Shown here: positions 1-10,223 of the stretch, piece after piece
Layout: each line of letters starts with the position of its first letter
Numbering within the stretch: position 1 is the first letter of the stretch
From: Candidatus Latescibacterota bacterium
GTDB lineage: Bacteria > Latescibacterota > UBA2968 > GCA-2709665
Length of the DNA stretch: 64,000 nucleotides
Assembly (NCBI GenBank): GCA_965248435.1
Contig: OZ252100.1
Location: 992,001-1,056,000 of the forward strand
Reading direction: 5' to 3'
Notes under the pieces: generated by a model
What the model was told of the DNA's origin: nothing
What the model saw: only the letters and a program-made list of their open reading frames with translations
The model's database searches: none
Made by a program: the position numbers and the translations under genes

Positions 1-628
1 GAAACCGCCTTGCAAGAATTTCAGTAAGGGAAACTTCCGAACTCAGTTCCCTCGGACATGCTTTGAAGTAGTACCCCCGTTTTTCTCCCGTCTTAATCTT
101 AAGAACAGCACTACGCTGCCAAAAACGCACCTGCTCAATCGAACTCACCGGCGTGGTGGAGCAGCCTGTGCGCTCCGAGACCCACTTGAGAACACGGGAA
201 AGCCATCCTGGTTGACACCACGGTTCGACTGGCGAAAATGACTTGCCGGCGCGCGCCTCCTCGAACCAGGTGGCTAAGACTGACTGTAGAATAAGAGGAT
301 AGACTTCAAGCCCTGAGAGCTGACTTTCATCTATCCACTGCCCGCTTCCTGGAGGAACGAAATTGCTGTCGTGATTCTCAAGGTTGTAAATCCGGATGTT
401 CTTTCCAATCACCGGCTCCTTCCAGTGAAAGGCGAATAGTATCGTTATTTGAGCCTCATATTCTCGCGAAAACGCACTACCGAAATAGCTGGGGTCCGTC
501 ATGGCATCCACACCATCCGGGGCTTGCCAGGTAAATGAGGGTAGCGTCCATCTGGCGTCCGCAGAGGGAACCATCCAGACCTTCGGTGGATTGGGACAAG
601 ACAAGATGTACAGAGCGCTACATTCCAC
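1..628 (-). CDS. Aminoglycoside phosphotransferase-like protein, 3' end off the window
   Basis: Manual translation from GTG 628 is open to position 1: MECSALYIL...EPWCQPGWL...EQVRFWQRSAVLKIKTGEKRGYYFKACP...EVSLTEILARRF. Absent from the ORF track because no stop lies in the window. Confidence 0.6.
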   Translation of the reverse strand, partial: MECSALYILSCPNPPKVWMVPSADARWTLPSFTWQAPDGVDAMTDPSYFGSAFSREYEAQITILFAFHWKEPVIGKNIRIYNLENHDSNFVPPGSGQWIDESQLSGLEVYPLILQSVLATWFEEARAGKSFSPVEPWCQPGWLSRVLKWVSERTGCSTTPVSSIEQVRFWQRSAVLKIKTGEKRGYYFKACPRELSSEVSLTEILARRF

Positions 629-738
629 GTTGGTATCGCCTCATCTCGGGTTCTTCCAATGCATTTCCTATAACGTTCTCGCGGGCTGCGAACCTGCCGA
701 GCTGGCACGGCGGAGGCCGAAAGCCCGTGCAACCCAGG

Positions 739-1701
739 CTAGAAGCGCGTGGCAAACCGATCGGTAGCGGAGACTAAGGCTTCAATCATTCCAGGATCTC
801 CGGAAGAGTGGCCAGCTCCACCTACGATTACAAGCTCAGCATCTGGCCAAGCCTGATCTAGTTCCCAAGCTGTAGCGAGGGGTCCCTGCAGATCAAGACG
901 TCCGTGCACCATGATGCCAGGTATACCCGCTAAAGCCCCAGCTTCTCGCAATAAGATTCCATCTTCCAACCAAGCATGGTGAGTGAAGTAATGAGTCACA
1001 ATACGGGCAAATGCCAATTGGAATTTGGGCTCTAATCGTCGCGGTCCGGGCTGGGCCTTTGAATCAACCGAAAGAAGCGAGTTCTCCCACTCACACCAAT
1101 CCCTTGCTGCCTTCATATGAATGGCAGGATCAGGATCTTGTAAAAGGCGACAGTAGGCTTCCACAAGGTTGCCCTCTCTATCGGCCTCGGGAACCCCCAG
1201 ACGGAAACGCTGCCAGCGGTCCGGAAAGAAGAGAGCAACACCATGGTAAAGCCAATCGATCTCTGACCTTCTTGTCGTAGTTACGGCTGTTAGGATGAGT
1301 TCAGTCACTCGATCTGGATTTCTCTCAGCGTAAGCAAGGGCCAACGTCGAGCCCCAAGATCCACCAAATACAAGCCACTTCTCTATACTAAGTTCCTTCC
1401 GAAGATGCTCAATATCTCCAAGGAGGTGATTGGTGGTGTTGACTGAAAGGTCTACAAGCGGGTCACTCGCGTGTGGCGTACTGCGACCACAGCCTCGCTG
1501 GTCGAACAGGATAATCCGGTATGCACGGGGATCAAAGAAACGGCGCATACCGGTCGAACATCCAGAACCTGGACCACCGTGGAGAACGATAGCTGGTTTG
1601 CCGCCTGGGTTGCCACAAACCTCCCAGTACGAGCAGTTGCCGTCGCCGACATCTAACATGCCACAATCGTATGGTTCAATCTCTGGATATAGTAGTTCCA
1701 T
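739..1701 (-). CDS. pip: Prolyl aminopeptidase (peptidase S33)
   Basis: HGGPGSG, DQRGCGRS, GGSWGS nucleophile and GAGHS motifs. Confidence 0.95.
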   Translation of the reverse strand: MELLYPEIEPYDCGMLDVGDGNCSYWEVCGNPGGKPAIVLHGGPGSGCSTGMRRFFDPRAYRIILFDQRGCGRSTPHASDPLVDLSVNTTNHLLGDIEHLRKELSIEKWLVFGGSWGSTLALAYAERNPDRVTELILTAVTTTRRSEIDWLYHGVALFFPDRWQRFRLGVPEADREGNLVEAYCRLLQDPDPAIHMKAARDWCEWENSLLSVDSKAQPGPRRLEPKFQLAFARIVTHYFTHHAWLEDGILLREAGALAGIPGIMVHGRLDLQGPLATAWELDQAWPDAELVIVGGAGHSSGDPGMIEALVSATDRFATRF

Positions 1702-1703
1702 CT

Positions 1704-2504
1704 TTACTTAACACAGATAAGCATCTTGTAATGAAAAATGAATTTCCAGGAAGTCGTTCCCAATACATCCCGAGCAGTCTCTTCTAGGTCTGGAATTCCA
1801 ATATCCTCTTCTGAAATCCCATTAGAAAGTGCCCGAGAAATTCCGCCAAATGTTCGCACCAAGCCCAAGAATGAATCTGCAGTGCCATCCTCTTCCTGAT
1901 GGAAGAATGCCTCCTTCACATATCTGTACCACCCGGCCTCTTCGATAACTGGCAACTGTTCCCGATAGGGCCATAAGCGGAAACCGGGCAATAGCTCTCG
2001 CTCACGAATCAATCGTTGTGCTGAACGAGCAACATTCTGATACGCTAATTCTACTTCAATGGGCATCGTCGGAGGCAAATCGTACCCGTATGCCAGTAGA
2101 ATCCCGCCAGGCTTCAGGATACGGACGATCTCAGGATGAGCCTTTTCAGGTGTCATCCAATGGAGCGATTGGCCACACGCGACCACATCAACACTTTCGT
2201 CTTCAAGGCCTGTCTCTTCTCCACTTCCTTCGCGGATCTGAACATCGGAGGACCCCTGCCCCCGCAAAGCGATCTCGCGCATTTCCGAATTGGGCTCTAT
2301 ACCGATAATCGATCGCGCCCTCCCGATCCAGACACCCGTCGACAGCCCGGTACCACATCCAAGGTCAACCACCGTCTGTATCTGTGTTTGCCCTAGAAGC
2401 CGGTCCGCAATCTCGGTAACTATCGCAGGAGCTTCTTGGCGATATTTGTGGTATGCCTCAACATCGTGGGCAAATCCAGGGCGTATCGATGAGCTCACTT
2501 TCAT
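1704..2504 (-). CDS. Class I SAM-dependent methyltransferase
   Basis: VDLGCGTG, GQSLHW, LKPGG. Confidence 0.9.
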   Translation of the reverse strand: MKVSSSIRPGFAHDVEAYHKYRQEAPAIVTEIADRLLGQTQIQTVVDLGCGTGLSTGVWIGRARSIIGIEPNSEMREIALRGQGSSDVQIREGSGEETGLEDESVDVVACGQSLHWMTPEKAHPEIVRILKPGGILLAYGYDLPPTMPIEVELAYQNVARSAQRLIRERELLPGFRLWPYREQLPVIEEAGWYRYVKEAFFHQEEDGTADSFLGLVRTFGGISRALSNGISEEDIGIPDLEETARDVLGTTSWKFIFHYKMLICVK

Positions 2505-2507
2505 TCC

Positions 2508-2960
2508 TCAGTCGAGTTGACGATAGGCTATAATCTCATCCCATCCATCGAACTCCATCTTCGCCTCAACTTTGAAACCTTGCTTCTCATAGAACTCTCG
2601 AGCATTTCCGTCCTCTGCAAGAAAGCCGACGCACAGTCTCTTCGCCGTCGGGAGACGCTCCTTTAATAGTTCGATGGCCAATTGCAGTGCTTCGCGAGCG
2701 TATCCCCTTCTCTGATGCGCCCGATCAATCATGAAACCCCAGAGATCCGGCTCCTCTCGATTCTGCTCCCACACTTTGACAAACCCAACCGGCTTATCAT
2801 CTGCGTAGATCACTTTGAACCAGGCGTCGTCCTCGTAGGTCCCGCGAGCGATCATGTGAGCAACCGTTGGCACAAAGCGCTCCTGCTCCGGTGAGACATG
2901 GAGATTCAGTACTTTCTGGATGTTCTTTTGTGTGACATCTCTGAGACTAATCGTGGGCAT
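2508..2960 (-). CDS. GNAT N-acetyltransferase (spermidine acetyltransferase-like)
   Basis: FMIDRAHQRRGYA acetyl-CoA motif; NAREFYEKQGF. Confidence 0.9.
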   Translation of the reverse strand: MPTISLRDVTQKNIQKVLNLHVSPEQERFVPTVAHMIARGTYEDDAWFKVIYADDKPVGFVKVWEQNREEPDLWGFMIDRAHQRRGYAREALQLAIELLKERLPTAKRLCVGFLAEDGNAREFYEKQGFKVEAKMEFDGWDEIIAYRQLD

Positions 2961-2989
2961 TAGGAGATACCGTTCAATCGAATGATCTC

Positions 2990-3412
2990 CTACAGTGGAG
3001 TAGCATTATCGGCTTCCGTAAGACTGACAATCTCGAATCTCGTATTCTCCGGGCCTCGAAAGAATACCGCATAGTAATCACCGCTATATTCAGGGCACTC
3101 TTCCGGACCATCTGTGATTTCGATGTTGCGGTCCCTAGCCCAGACTGCAAATCTTTCTACTTCGTCGCGGCTCCGGGCGGTGAAGGCAATGTGTTGCAGA
3201 GCACCTGGGGGTGAGCCTGATTCGGCCTTTCTCAAATAGATACGCGAACCTCTACCCTTCCAACCTGCAATGGCTTCGTGTGTTCTCTCTTTGGTCATAC
3301 ACAGGAATTCAACCAACAGATCGTCAAAGAATTGCTCGGCCTTTTCTGGCTCCTGGAGCCCCAAACCTATGTGGTGAATTACTGAATTGATCATTTGATT
3401 CCCTCTTGTCAC
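2990..3412 (-). CDS. VOC/glyoxalase family protein
   Basis: IHHIGL, HIAF, YYAVFFRGPEN.RFEIV; true start may be ATG 3394. Confidence 0.85.
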   Translation of the reverse strand: MTRGNQMINSVIHHIGLGLQEPEKAEQFFDDLLVEFLCMTKERTHEAIAGWKGRGSRIYLRKAESGSPPGALQHIAFTARSRDEVERFAVWARDRNIEITDGPEECPEYSGDYYAVFFRGPENTRFEIVSLTEADNATPL

Positions 3413-4101
3413 CCGGTCTCGGGATGCACATTAGTGCCTTCGGAGAGTCCTTCAGCATGAAGGTGAGCGGAGTCATTCAATCTCTCAATAGCGCGTTCAC
3501 TCCACTCATTGACCCTCAGCACAGTAATGCTTGCCGGCGATGCCTCGAAATAGATCTTGAAGAGTGCAGAGGGACTTGAAAGTAACTCCAGGTCAAAGCC
3601 AAGCCACCACCAGAGAATCGCTTGGATGGTCCCACCGTGTGTAATCAAGAGCAGAGGGTTTTCCTGGTCCTTAGTGAGAAAGGCAATGCAATCGGCAACC
3701 CTTGAGTGAAATTCTCGCCACGTTTCTGCCTGGGGATATTGTTCCCAATCAAGAAGTGGGTGTGTTCGCTCCAAAGCGTATGCTTTCGCCTCCTCCACCG
3801 ATTTCCCTGCAGCAACCCCATTATTCCATTCCCTCAATTTGGGTTCCTGATGAAGCTCAAGTCCGAGCCCGTTGCCGACTATCTGTGCAGTCTGGAATGC
3901 CCGTTTCAGGTCACTGCAATAGATCTGGAAAGGTATGTCGCCTAATTCCTCCTTAAGCCTTGATGCTAGAGCTACAGCCTGACGTTGACCCAATTCGGTT
4001 AGATCAGTATCGGTCCAGCCGCTTGTTAGCCCTTCTACTTGATATTTCGATTGCCCATGTCGAATCAGCACAATGGACTTCATAGGCCTGTTCTCTTGCA
4101 C
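3409..4101 (-). CDS. Histidine phosphatase (phosphoglycerate mutase) family protein
   Basis: LIRHGQS, SDLKRA, THGG. Confidence 0.92.
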   Translation of the reverse strand: MQENRPMKSIVLIRHGQSKYQVEGLTSGWTDTDLTELGQRQAVALASRLKEELGDIPFQIYCSDLKRAFQTAQIVGNGLGLELHQEPKLREWNNGVAAGKSVEEAKAYALERTHPLLDWEQYPQAETWREFHSRVADCIAFLTKDQENPLLLITHGGTIQAILWWWLGFDLELLSSPSALFKIYFEASPASITVLRVNEWSERAIERLNDSAHLHAEGLSEGTNVHPETG

Positions 4102-4170
4102 ATCAATTCGACTACCCGCGTAGTCGTGAACGATGTTGGTAACCTAGACTAGCCGCGATAAATTCTTGGA

Positions 4171-5157
4171 TCACGGATCTTCAAATAAAACACTGATGCT
4201 CTCCCGATTATGAATTCGGCTGATTGCCTCACCCAGCAACGGGGCAACTGAAGTGATTTCAATCTTGCTCCCCAAGGGTTCCGGATGGGATTCAACACTA
4301 TCGGTGACCAGCAGGTTGACAATCGGACTCCGCTGAATTCGCTCCATTGCTCCCCTTGAAAAAACGCCGTGAGACACCACAGCATATACTGCCAACGCTC
4401 CTCGATCCATGAGCTTTTCCGCCACATCGCATAACGTGCCACTTGAGATCGTGAAATCATCCACAACAAGCGCTGTTCTTCCAGACACATCGCCTATGAT
4501 CTCCAAAACTTCAGCCTGCTCATCGTGGCTGACCCGTTCTTTGTCAGCGATAACCAGCGAGCAGCGTAAGGCAGTTGCATATTGGCGGGCCTTCTTCGCA
4601 AATCCTGCGTCCGGGGACACGACAACCAGGTTATCCAGGCCCTTCGTCCGAATCGCCTGACACAATACAGGTAACGCGTATAAATCGTCCACCGGTACGC
4701 GAAAGAAACCCTGTATCTGCGGCGCATGAAGGTCTATGGTAACGACTCTGTCCGCGCCAGCTGCTTCCATAGCATCGGCGCATACTCGTGCCCTTATGGA
4801 TACGCGTGGTTCATCCTTCTTGTCACCCTTCGCATAGCTGAAATAGGGGACAATGGCTGTAACCGACGCAGCGCTGGCGCGTTTGAAGGCATCTAGCCAG
4901 AACAGCAGCTCCATAAAATTATCGTTGGCAGGGAACGCTGTTGATTGCACCACGTAGACATGCCGTCCTCGGACATTCTCTTGCACTCGGACAAACAAGT
5001 TCCCTTCTGAAAACCGAATCATTTCGCTACGGCCCCTTGAAACCCCGAGGCAGTCACAAATCTTGTCTGTCAAGTGGAGGCTCGCACTGCCGCCAAAGAT
5101 CATCATATCCTGTATGCTCATAGCGAGACTCCCGGATTTTGTCTTGGCCCAGCCCAC
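4171..5157 (-). CDS. prs: Ribose-phosphate pyrophosphokinase
   Basis: PYFSYAKGDKK, DLHAPQIQGFF, VSPDAG, VDDFTISSGTL. Confidence 0.93.
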   Translation of the reverse strand: MGWAKTKSGSLAMSIQDMMIFGGSASLHLTDKICDCLGVSRGRSEMIRFSEGNLFVRVQENVRGRHVYVVQSTAFPANDNFMELLFWLDAFKRASAASVTAIVPYFSYAKGDKKDEPRVSIRARVCADAMEAAGADRVVTIDLHAPQIQGFFRVPVDDLYALPVLCQAIRTKGLDNLVVVSPDAGFAKKARQYATALRCSLVIADKERVSHDEQAEVLEIIGDVSGRTALVVDDFTISSGTLCDVAEKLMDRGALAVYAVVSHGVFSRGAMERIQRSPIVNLLVTDSVESHPEPLGSKIEITSVAPLLGEAISRIHNRESISVLFEDP

Positions 5158-5166
5158 GATGTATCG

Positions 5167-5754
5167 TTATGACTCGGATGGTTCGCAGATTAGTCGTTTA
5201 AGACCATCGCCCTCATTGGGGCCTAAATCTTTTTCAAGTTCTCGGGCATATCGCAATTCGTGAAGATCGAATCCCTTTCTCTCTTCAACCTTGGTTGCCC
5301 CGTCGACCACAAATCCCATCTTCTCATAGAAAGCCCTGGCCCTCTCGTTCTCCTTGAGTACCCAAATCCTCACATCCTTGTACCCTTCCATCTCAAGTTC
5401 TTTCAACGCCCGGGTCATCAGCATCCAGCCCAGCCCGCGGTCCCAATAATCCTCCAGGAGGTAGATACCGTGAATTTCCCCTGTCGAACCATCGGAGAAT
5501 TCCTCGTCACGGGCCAACCCCTCCCCGGCAAACCCGATGATCTGTCCTTCTTCTTCAAGAATCAGGGTTCGCCACGACGTTTCTTGAAGGTTTTTAGTCC
5601 ACATCTTTACGTGCTTCGCCACCGATAGACCACTTAAAAAGCCGTCCGGAATGAGACCCTTGTAGGTAGACCGCCAAGATCTGACATGTACCTCTGCAAT
5701 GGCCTTGACATCAGCAGGTGTAGCCCATCGTAAAGTAGGTGAAGATTTCCCCAT
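5167..5754 (-). CDS. GNAT N-acetyltransferase
   Basis: IYLLEDYWDRGLG; VLKENERARAFYEKMGF. Confidence 0.9.
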   Translation of the reverse strand: MGKSSPTLRWATPADVKAIAEVHVRSWRSTYKGLIPDGFLSGLSVAKHVKMWTKNLQETSWRTLILEEEGQIIGFAGEGLARDEEFSDGSTGEIHGIYLLEDYWDRGLGWMLMTRALKELEMEGYKDVRIWVLKENERARAFYEKMGFVVDGATKVEERKGFDLHELRYARELEKDLGPNEGDGLKRLICEPSES

Positions 5755-5765
5755 TCGCCTTCATC

Positions 5766-6605
5766 TCAATCAGAATCTTCGCAGTGAAGCCATCTCAAGC
5801 CTCCAGGCCACCCTTTTTCTGACATTTCGAGAATCGACCTGCAATACCCGTTGATTCGACTCACTGCATAATCATACTGCTTACAGTCCCAAAAGAAATA
5901 GTTCGATATGGCTGCTCCGTTAAATTGTTCTCTCCTGGTATACGCTGGCAAACTGCCATCTTCCCTACGGTGCACTTCAATCAAATCAGGCTGGTTCATC
6001 AACTCCCACGTTGAAGCCCCTCTTCCGTCAACGTGGTGATAAATCGTCGCAGTTGAGGAATCTACTGCTCCCCAGATTCCATCTCGAAAGATTTCGATGA
6101 TCTGATGACCACTGTATGCTTGCTGCGTGTTGTATAACATGACTAATCGAGTTGGTAGGCCAGCAACCTGGCACATCACGCAAGCGACTCTTGCAACATC
6201 CGTGCACCAGTCGGAACCTCGGATGGTTATCTCCTCCTCCAACCCTCCAAATCGCATCTCATCCAGGCTTTCATCCTCAACTTCCTTGCCCAGTCCAGAA
6301 GTAAACTTCACAATCTTCTCGATCTTTTCCTCTGCCGTCTGACAGCCTGCGACGACTTCATCCGTTCGGCTTTCTAGCTCCGGCCGTTCCCCCTTTTCAT
6401 ACGATATGGATGTAGGTGAGTACTCTTCATACAGATAGGGGTCGATCTCCTGGCACAACCTGATCATTCTCTGTGTCAACACACGATCCACAGATCCAGG
6501 CGCGTGAGTATCATTCTTCATCATGACCTGGTAGGCACAGCCGAATTGTCCAATGCCCTGATACTTTGAGATATCTATTCCCATTGCAACTTCACGTCTC
6601 AGCAC
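5766..6605 (-). CDS. Transglutaminase-like domain protein
   Basis: Candidate Cys-His-Asp triad: WCTDVAR, GHQIIE, WGAVDS. Confidence 0.75.
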   Translation of the reverse strand: MLRREVAMGIDISKYQGIGQFGCAYQVMMKNDTHAPGSVDRVLTQRMIRLCQEIDPYLYEEYSPTSISYEKGERPELESRTDEVVAGCQTAEEKIEKIVKFTSGLGKEVEDESLDEMRFGGLEEEITIRGSDWCTDVARVACVMCQVAGLPTRLVMLYNTQQAYSGHQIIEIFRDGIWGAVDSSTATIYHHVDGRGASTWELMNQPDLIEVHRREDGSLPAYTRREQFNGAAISNYFFWDCKQYDYAVSRINGYCRSILEMSEKGWPGGLRWLHCEDSD

Positions 6606-7732
6606 AACGCTTGCTCTATGTCTTCAATCAGATCGTCGATATGTTCGACACCGACTGACAATCTCAACAGATTCTCGGTTATTCCTACTCTCTGACGCGC
6701 TTCAGGTGAGACTTCTTGGTGTGAGGTTGTCGCAGGATCACAAATGGTTGTTTCAAGCCCACCCAAGCTAAGGGCAGGTCGAATCAGTTTGAGTCTTCGC
6801 ATGAACTCCGTAGGATTGCCCGACTGCAATTCAATCGAAAGCATTGCGCCAAATCCCCCCATCTGCCCCTTGGCAATTTGATGACCCTGGTGATTCTCTA
6901 AACCCGGATAATTGACGAGGCAGATTGCTGAATGATTTTCCAGATGCTTCGCCACTTTCATCGCGTTATCTGTCTGCCTTTCTACTCTGAGGCATAGGGT
7001 CTTTAAGCTGCGTTCAAGTGTGTAGCATGACAGGGCATTGAGACTACCCCCCAAGCTAGATGCCGACTTCCGAATCAGATCAGCTTGCTCCCCTGTCGCC
7101 AAGATCACACCACAACAAAGGTCACTGTGTCCGCTGAGATATTTCGTGCCACTATGGATTACGATATCAATCCCAAGACGGAATGGATTCTGATTGATAG
7201 GTGTAGCAAAGGTATTGTCGATCATCGTGACAATTTTTCGGCTTTTGGCAAACATTGCTACTTTTTCAATGTCAACGACTGTTAATAACGGATTCGTTGG
7301 GCTTTCTATGTAAATGACTTTTGTCTCAGGTCGTACAGCATCAATGATTGCTTGGGCTTGGGCTGGTGCAAAAGTTGAGTCAATGCCATGTCGAGGGAAA
7401 TGATTAGAGACGAATGAATGTGACCCGCCATAAACTTCATCTTGAATGACCGCATGATCACCCGATTTCAAAAACGTAAGTAGCGCCGTTGATATAGCAG
7501 CCATTCCGGAACTGAACAAGACACCATCCTCGGTGGACTCCAAATCGCACAACTTTTTGACCACTGCCTCTTGATTAGGCGTGTTAAAGTATCGTGGATA
7601 TGGACGCACATCCGTATCAAGATATTCGTATGCTGAAGAGGTGAAGATGGGAGTATTGACCCCCCTTGTACCTTCGTCAAAATATCCACCCGAGTGAACA
7701 CACATTGTTTCGGATCTCATAGTCTTCCCCAT
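6599..7732 (-). CDS. Cys/Met metabolism PLP-dependent enzyme (cystathionine lyase/synthase family)
   Basis: FSSGMAAI, ESPTNP, DNTFATP, HSGTKYLSGHSD, RLSVGVE. Confidence 0.93.
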   Translation of the reverse strand: MGKTMRSETMCVHSGGYFDEGTRGVNTPIFTSSAYEYLDTDVRPYPRYFNTPNQEAVVKKLCDLESTEDGVLFSSGMAAISTALLTFLKSGDHAVIQDEVYGGSHSFVSNHFPRHGIDSTFAPAQAQAIIDAVRPETKVIYIESPTNPLLTVVDIEKVAMFAKSRKIVTMIDNTFATPINQNPFRLGIDIVIHSGTKYLSGHSDLCCGVILATGEQADLIRKSASSLGGSLNALSCYTLERSLKTLCLRVERQTDNAMKVAKHLENHSAICLVNYPGLENHQGHQIAKGQMGGFGAMLSIELQSGNPTEFMRRLKLIRPALSLGGLETTICDPATTSHQEVSPEARQRVGITENLLRLSVGVEHIDDLIEDIEQALC

Positions 7733-7900
7733 TAAAGAGAGTACCTCACCAAGGCATCCGTTCTGGTGTTACCAAACTCAGAACAGCGCTTCTCCCAGCG
7801 CTTCCGGACTGTGAAAATCGATTGAGCCACTTCCATTCTAGGTTACTCCTCCGTAGCACCTCTGATTTCCACTATAGGATTCCCTCTATCATCTCAGCTA

Positions 7901-8686
7901 TCATGCAATCAGCCCTCCATCTACGACCATGGCGTGTCCGGTAACGAAGGAGGCTTTCTCTGAGCAGAGCCATACGACTGCTTCGGCAACCTCGTCGGGA
8001 GTCCCTACTCTACCACTTGGCTCTTTCTGAATGTTTTGTTCTTCTAGCTTCACTCTTGCTTCTGGATTTCCGCCTGAAATGACATCGCCTAATCGCTCAT
8101 ACATCGGCGTACGAATTGTTCCTGGGCAAACCGCGTTGACTCGAATGCCCGCCTGAGCACATTCCAGTGCCGCTGTCTTGGTCAGACCAATAACCCCATG
8201 CTTACTGGCAATGTATGCGGGCAAACCTAGGCCACTTCCTGCCAACCCCAGTGTCGAGGAGGTGTTTACGATGGCGCCACTGCCCTGCTCAAGCATTTGG
8301 TGGAGTTCATGCTTCATACACAGCCATACTCCTTTGAGATTTACCCCGATGACCTGATCCCAGTTCTCCTCAGTACATTTGTGAGTGCGGGCCTGAATGC
8401 CTTCGATTCCAGCGTTATTGTGTGCGCAGTCTAATCGACCAAAGTTGTGGATAGTCTGGTTAATCAGTGCTTCAATGTCAGTGGCTTTTGTAACATCGGT
8501 TCGAAAGAAGAGAGCTTCGGAATCGGTTCTCTCGATCATGCGTGCTGTTTCTTCTCCACCTTCAGTGTCTATATCACCAATGATTACCCTTGCTCCCTCC
8601 CTGGCAAATGCTAGAGCCGATGCTCTTCCCATTCCAGAGCTTCCTCCGGTTACGAGCGCAACCTTGTCCACCAGGCACCCCGGCAT
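7901..8686 (-). CDS. Short-chain dehydrogenase/reductase
   Basis: TGGSSGMG, NNAG, YIASK. Confidence 0.95.
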   Translation of the reverse strand: MPGCLVDKVALVTGGSSGMGRASALAFAREGARVIIGDIDTEGGEETARMIERTDSEALFFRTDVTKATDIEALINQTIHNFGRLDCAHNNAGIEGIQARTHKCTEENWDQVIGVNLKGVWLCMKHELHQMLEQGSGAIVNTSSTLGLAGSGLGLPAYIASKHGVIGLTKTAALECAQAGIRVNAVCPGTIRTPMYERLGDVISGGNPEARVKLEEQNIQKEPSGRVGTPDEVAEAVVWLCSEKASFVTGHAMVVDGGLIA

Positions 8687-8697
8687 CTAGGTCTCTC

Positions 8698-9441
8698 TCA
8701 GGGTATTTTGAATACGAACAGGTCTACGGGCTCGAGGATCGGCCCGTCGGGCTGGGAATCCTCATCTCTTGCCATCGCCTCCAGTCCTTCTTCGAACTCT
8801 GAATCAGTGATGCTCGCCAGATCCGACAGAGCCCGTTGAGCAAGTTTTTCTCTGTACTCGTTGAATGATCCTGCGAATACCTGATTAATCACTGTGTGGT
8901 CAACTAGACTAAATCCATTCGCTTGAATGGTCCCGATAAGCTCCGATTTTCCAGGCAGCATTTTCTTTCCCACACGTCGGGCACTTGGAAAATACTTCAG
9001 ATACGGCACGCGATCATGCAGATCCAGGGTTGAGTTCCGGATACATAGCTTGCCACCTGCTCTGAGCACCCGGAACCACTCACGCGTCGCTTCGATCGGC
9101 TCAGTGAGGTGATGGAACACCATTGAGAGAAAGACTAAGTCAGATGAATCGTCTCTGATGGGGACAGCGTGAGTGTCTCCTCTGATAAATCTCACATTAT
9201 TTCCATCCGATCTGGCTTGGCTAAGCATTCTAAAGGAGGGATCGATCCCAATGAGCCTTGCGTTGAACCTTTCGGCAAGGGCATCAGAGAAGCGTCCTGT
9301 CCCACATCCAACATCTACAATACGCCTGACTGGTCCCACGATCAGATCTGCAATCGCATCCAGCCAGATCCTCAGTGTGGCTTCGGGGAGCTGCCTCGCC
9401 TTTACATAGGTGGCAGGTATGTCAGTGCGGTCGTATTCCAA
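8698..9441 (-). CDS. Class I SAM-dependent methyltransferase
   Basis: VDVGCGTG, MVFHHL, RVLRAGG. Confidence 0.9.
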   Translation of the reverse strand: MEYDRTDIPATYVKARQLPEATLRIWLDAIADLIVGPVRRIVDVGCGTGRFSDALAERFNARLIGIDPSFRMLSQARSDGNNVRFIRGDTHAVPIRDDSSDLVFLSMVFHHLTEPIEATREWFRVLRAGGKLCIRNSTLDLHDRVPYLKYFPSARRVGKKMLPGKSELIGTIQANGFSLVDHTVINQVFAGSFNEYREKLAQRALSDLASITDSEFEEGLEAMARDEDSQPDGPILEPVDLFVFKIP

Positions 9442-10138
9442 CGTTTGACTCAGGGTTCGCTTTGATATTCACGCAGATGTGATCGAAACTCAAGAAGATC
9501 CCTCTCAAAGCAATCTCCATAAGATCGTTTCTTCGCGTCCAGCATTGCGAGGCACGATCGTAGAAAGCGTAGTCGTCGGCATTCAACTCTCGAAATCTCT
9601 CAACTATCGACTCAGGAATCTTCGGAGATTGATAATCCCCAACATTCTCTCTGCTGTAGTAGAGATGTGGCCATTGGAACTGGTGATCCAATAGGACCAG
9701 AGACTCGTCAAACTGTTCTGTGACACCCACAAAGTCGTATCGCTCCATGGGACGCTTATCAAACCACTGTTTGAACCGGTTCTGACCGTACCCGGGAGGA
9801 TCTGGCCACCTAGGTGGTTCTGTGTTCGTCAGGAATACTCCGAGCCCTCGGTCAGTGAATCGTGCGCCAGGGTATCTCTTGGCAAAGAAATACATAGAAA
9901 TTGCTGAGCTGAGTGGTTCTCTCAAGAAGGTGATCCACTTCACCTTCCGGTGTGCGTTTATGGTGTCAGAAAAGTATTTAAAGACCCCGTGCCCGTGAAT
10001 GCACATAGGATTCTGAACTATGGGCCACTCTTCACTCTCGTCGTATGCCATCTGCAAGCGGTCCCCGAACCTCTGCTTGAGAAGCTGGCGGAATGTTATA
10101 CCGCCTGTCTTGGGAATATGCAGGCTTACATATAGCAA
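9422..10138 (-). CDS. Sulfotransferase family protein, probable frameshift near the 3' end
   Basis: LHIPKTGG PAPS motif, FLREP..S.Y, FVGVTEQFDESL, NADDYAFYD; an alternative frame from ~9547 reads AMLDAKKRSYGDCFERDLLEFRSHLREYQSEP*. Confidence 0.8.
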   Translation of the reverse strand: MLYVSLHIPKTGGITFRQLLKQRFGDRLQMAYDESEEWPIVQNPMCIHGHGVFKYFSDTINAHRKVKWITFLREPLSSAISMYFFAKRYPGARFTDRGLGVFLTNTEPPRWPDPPGYGQNRFKQWFDKRPMERYDFVGVTEQFDESLVLLDHQFQWPHLYYSRENVGDYQSPKIPESIVERFRELNADDYAFYDRASQCWTRRNDLMEIALRGIFLSFDHICVNIKANPESNVGIRPH

Positions 10139-10223
10139 TCTTCTCTCCCTGTCTCCTCGCTTCCTCTCCTCCGAGCCTCGCGTATGATGTAAGTAGGTGC
10201 CACAGACGTTTCCCCGGATCGAG

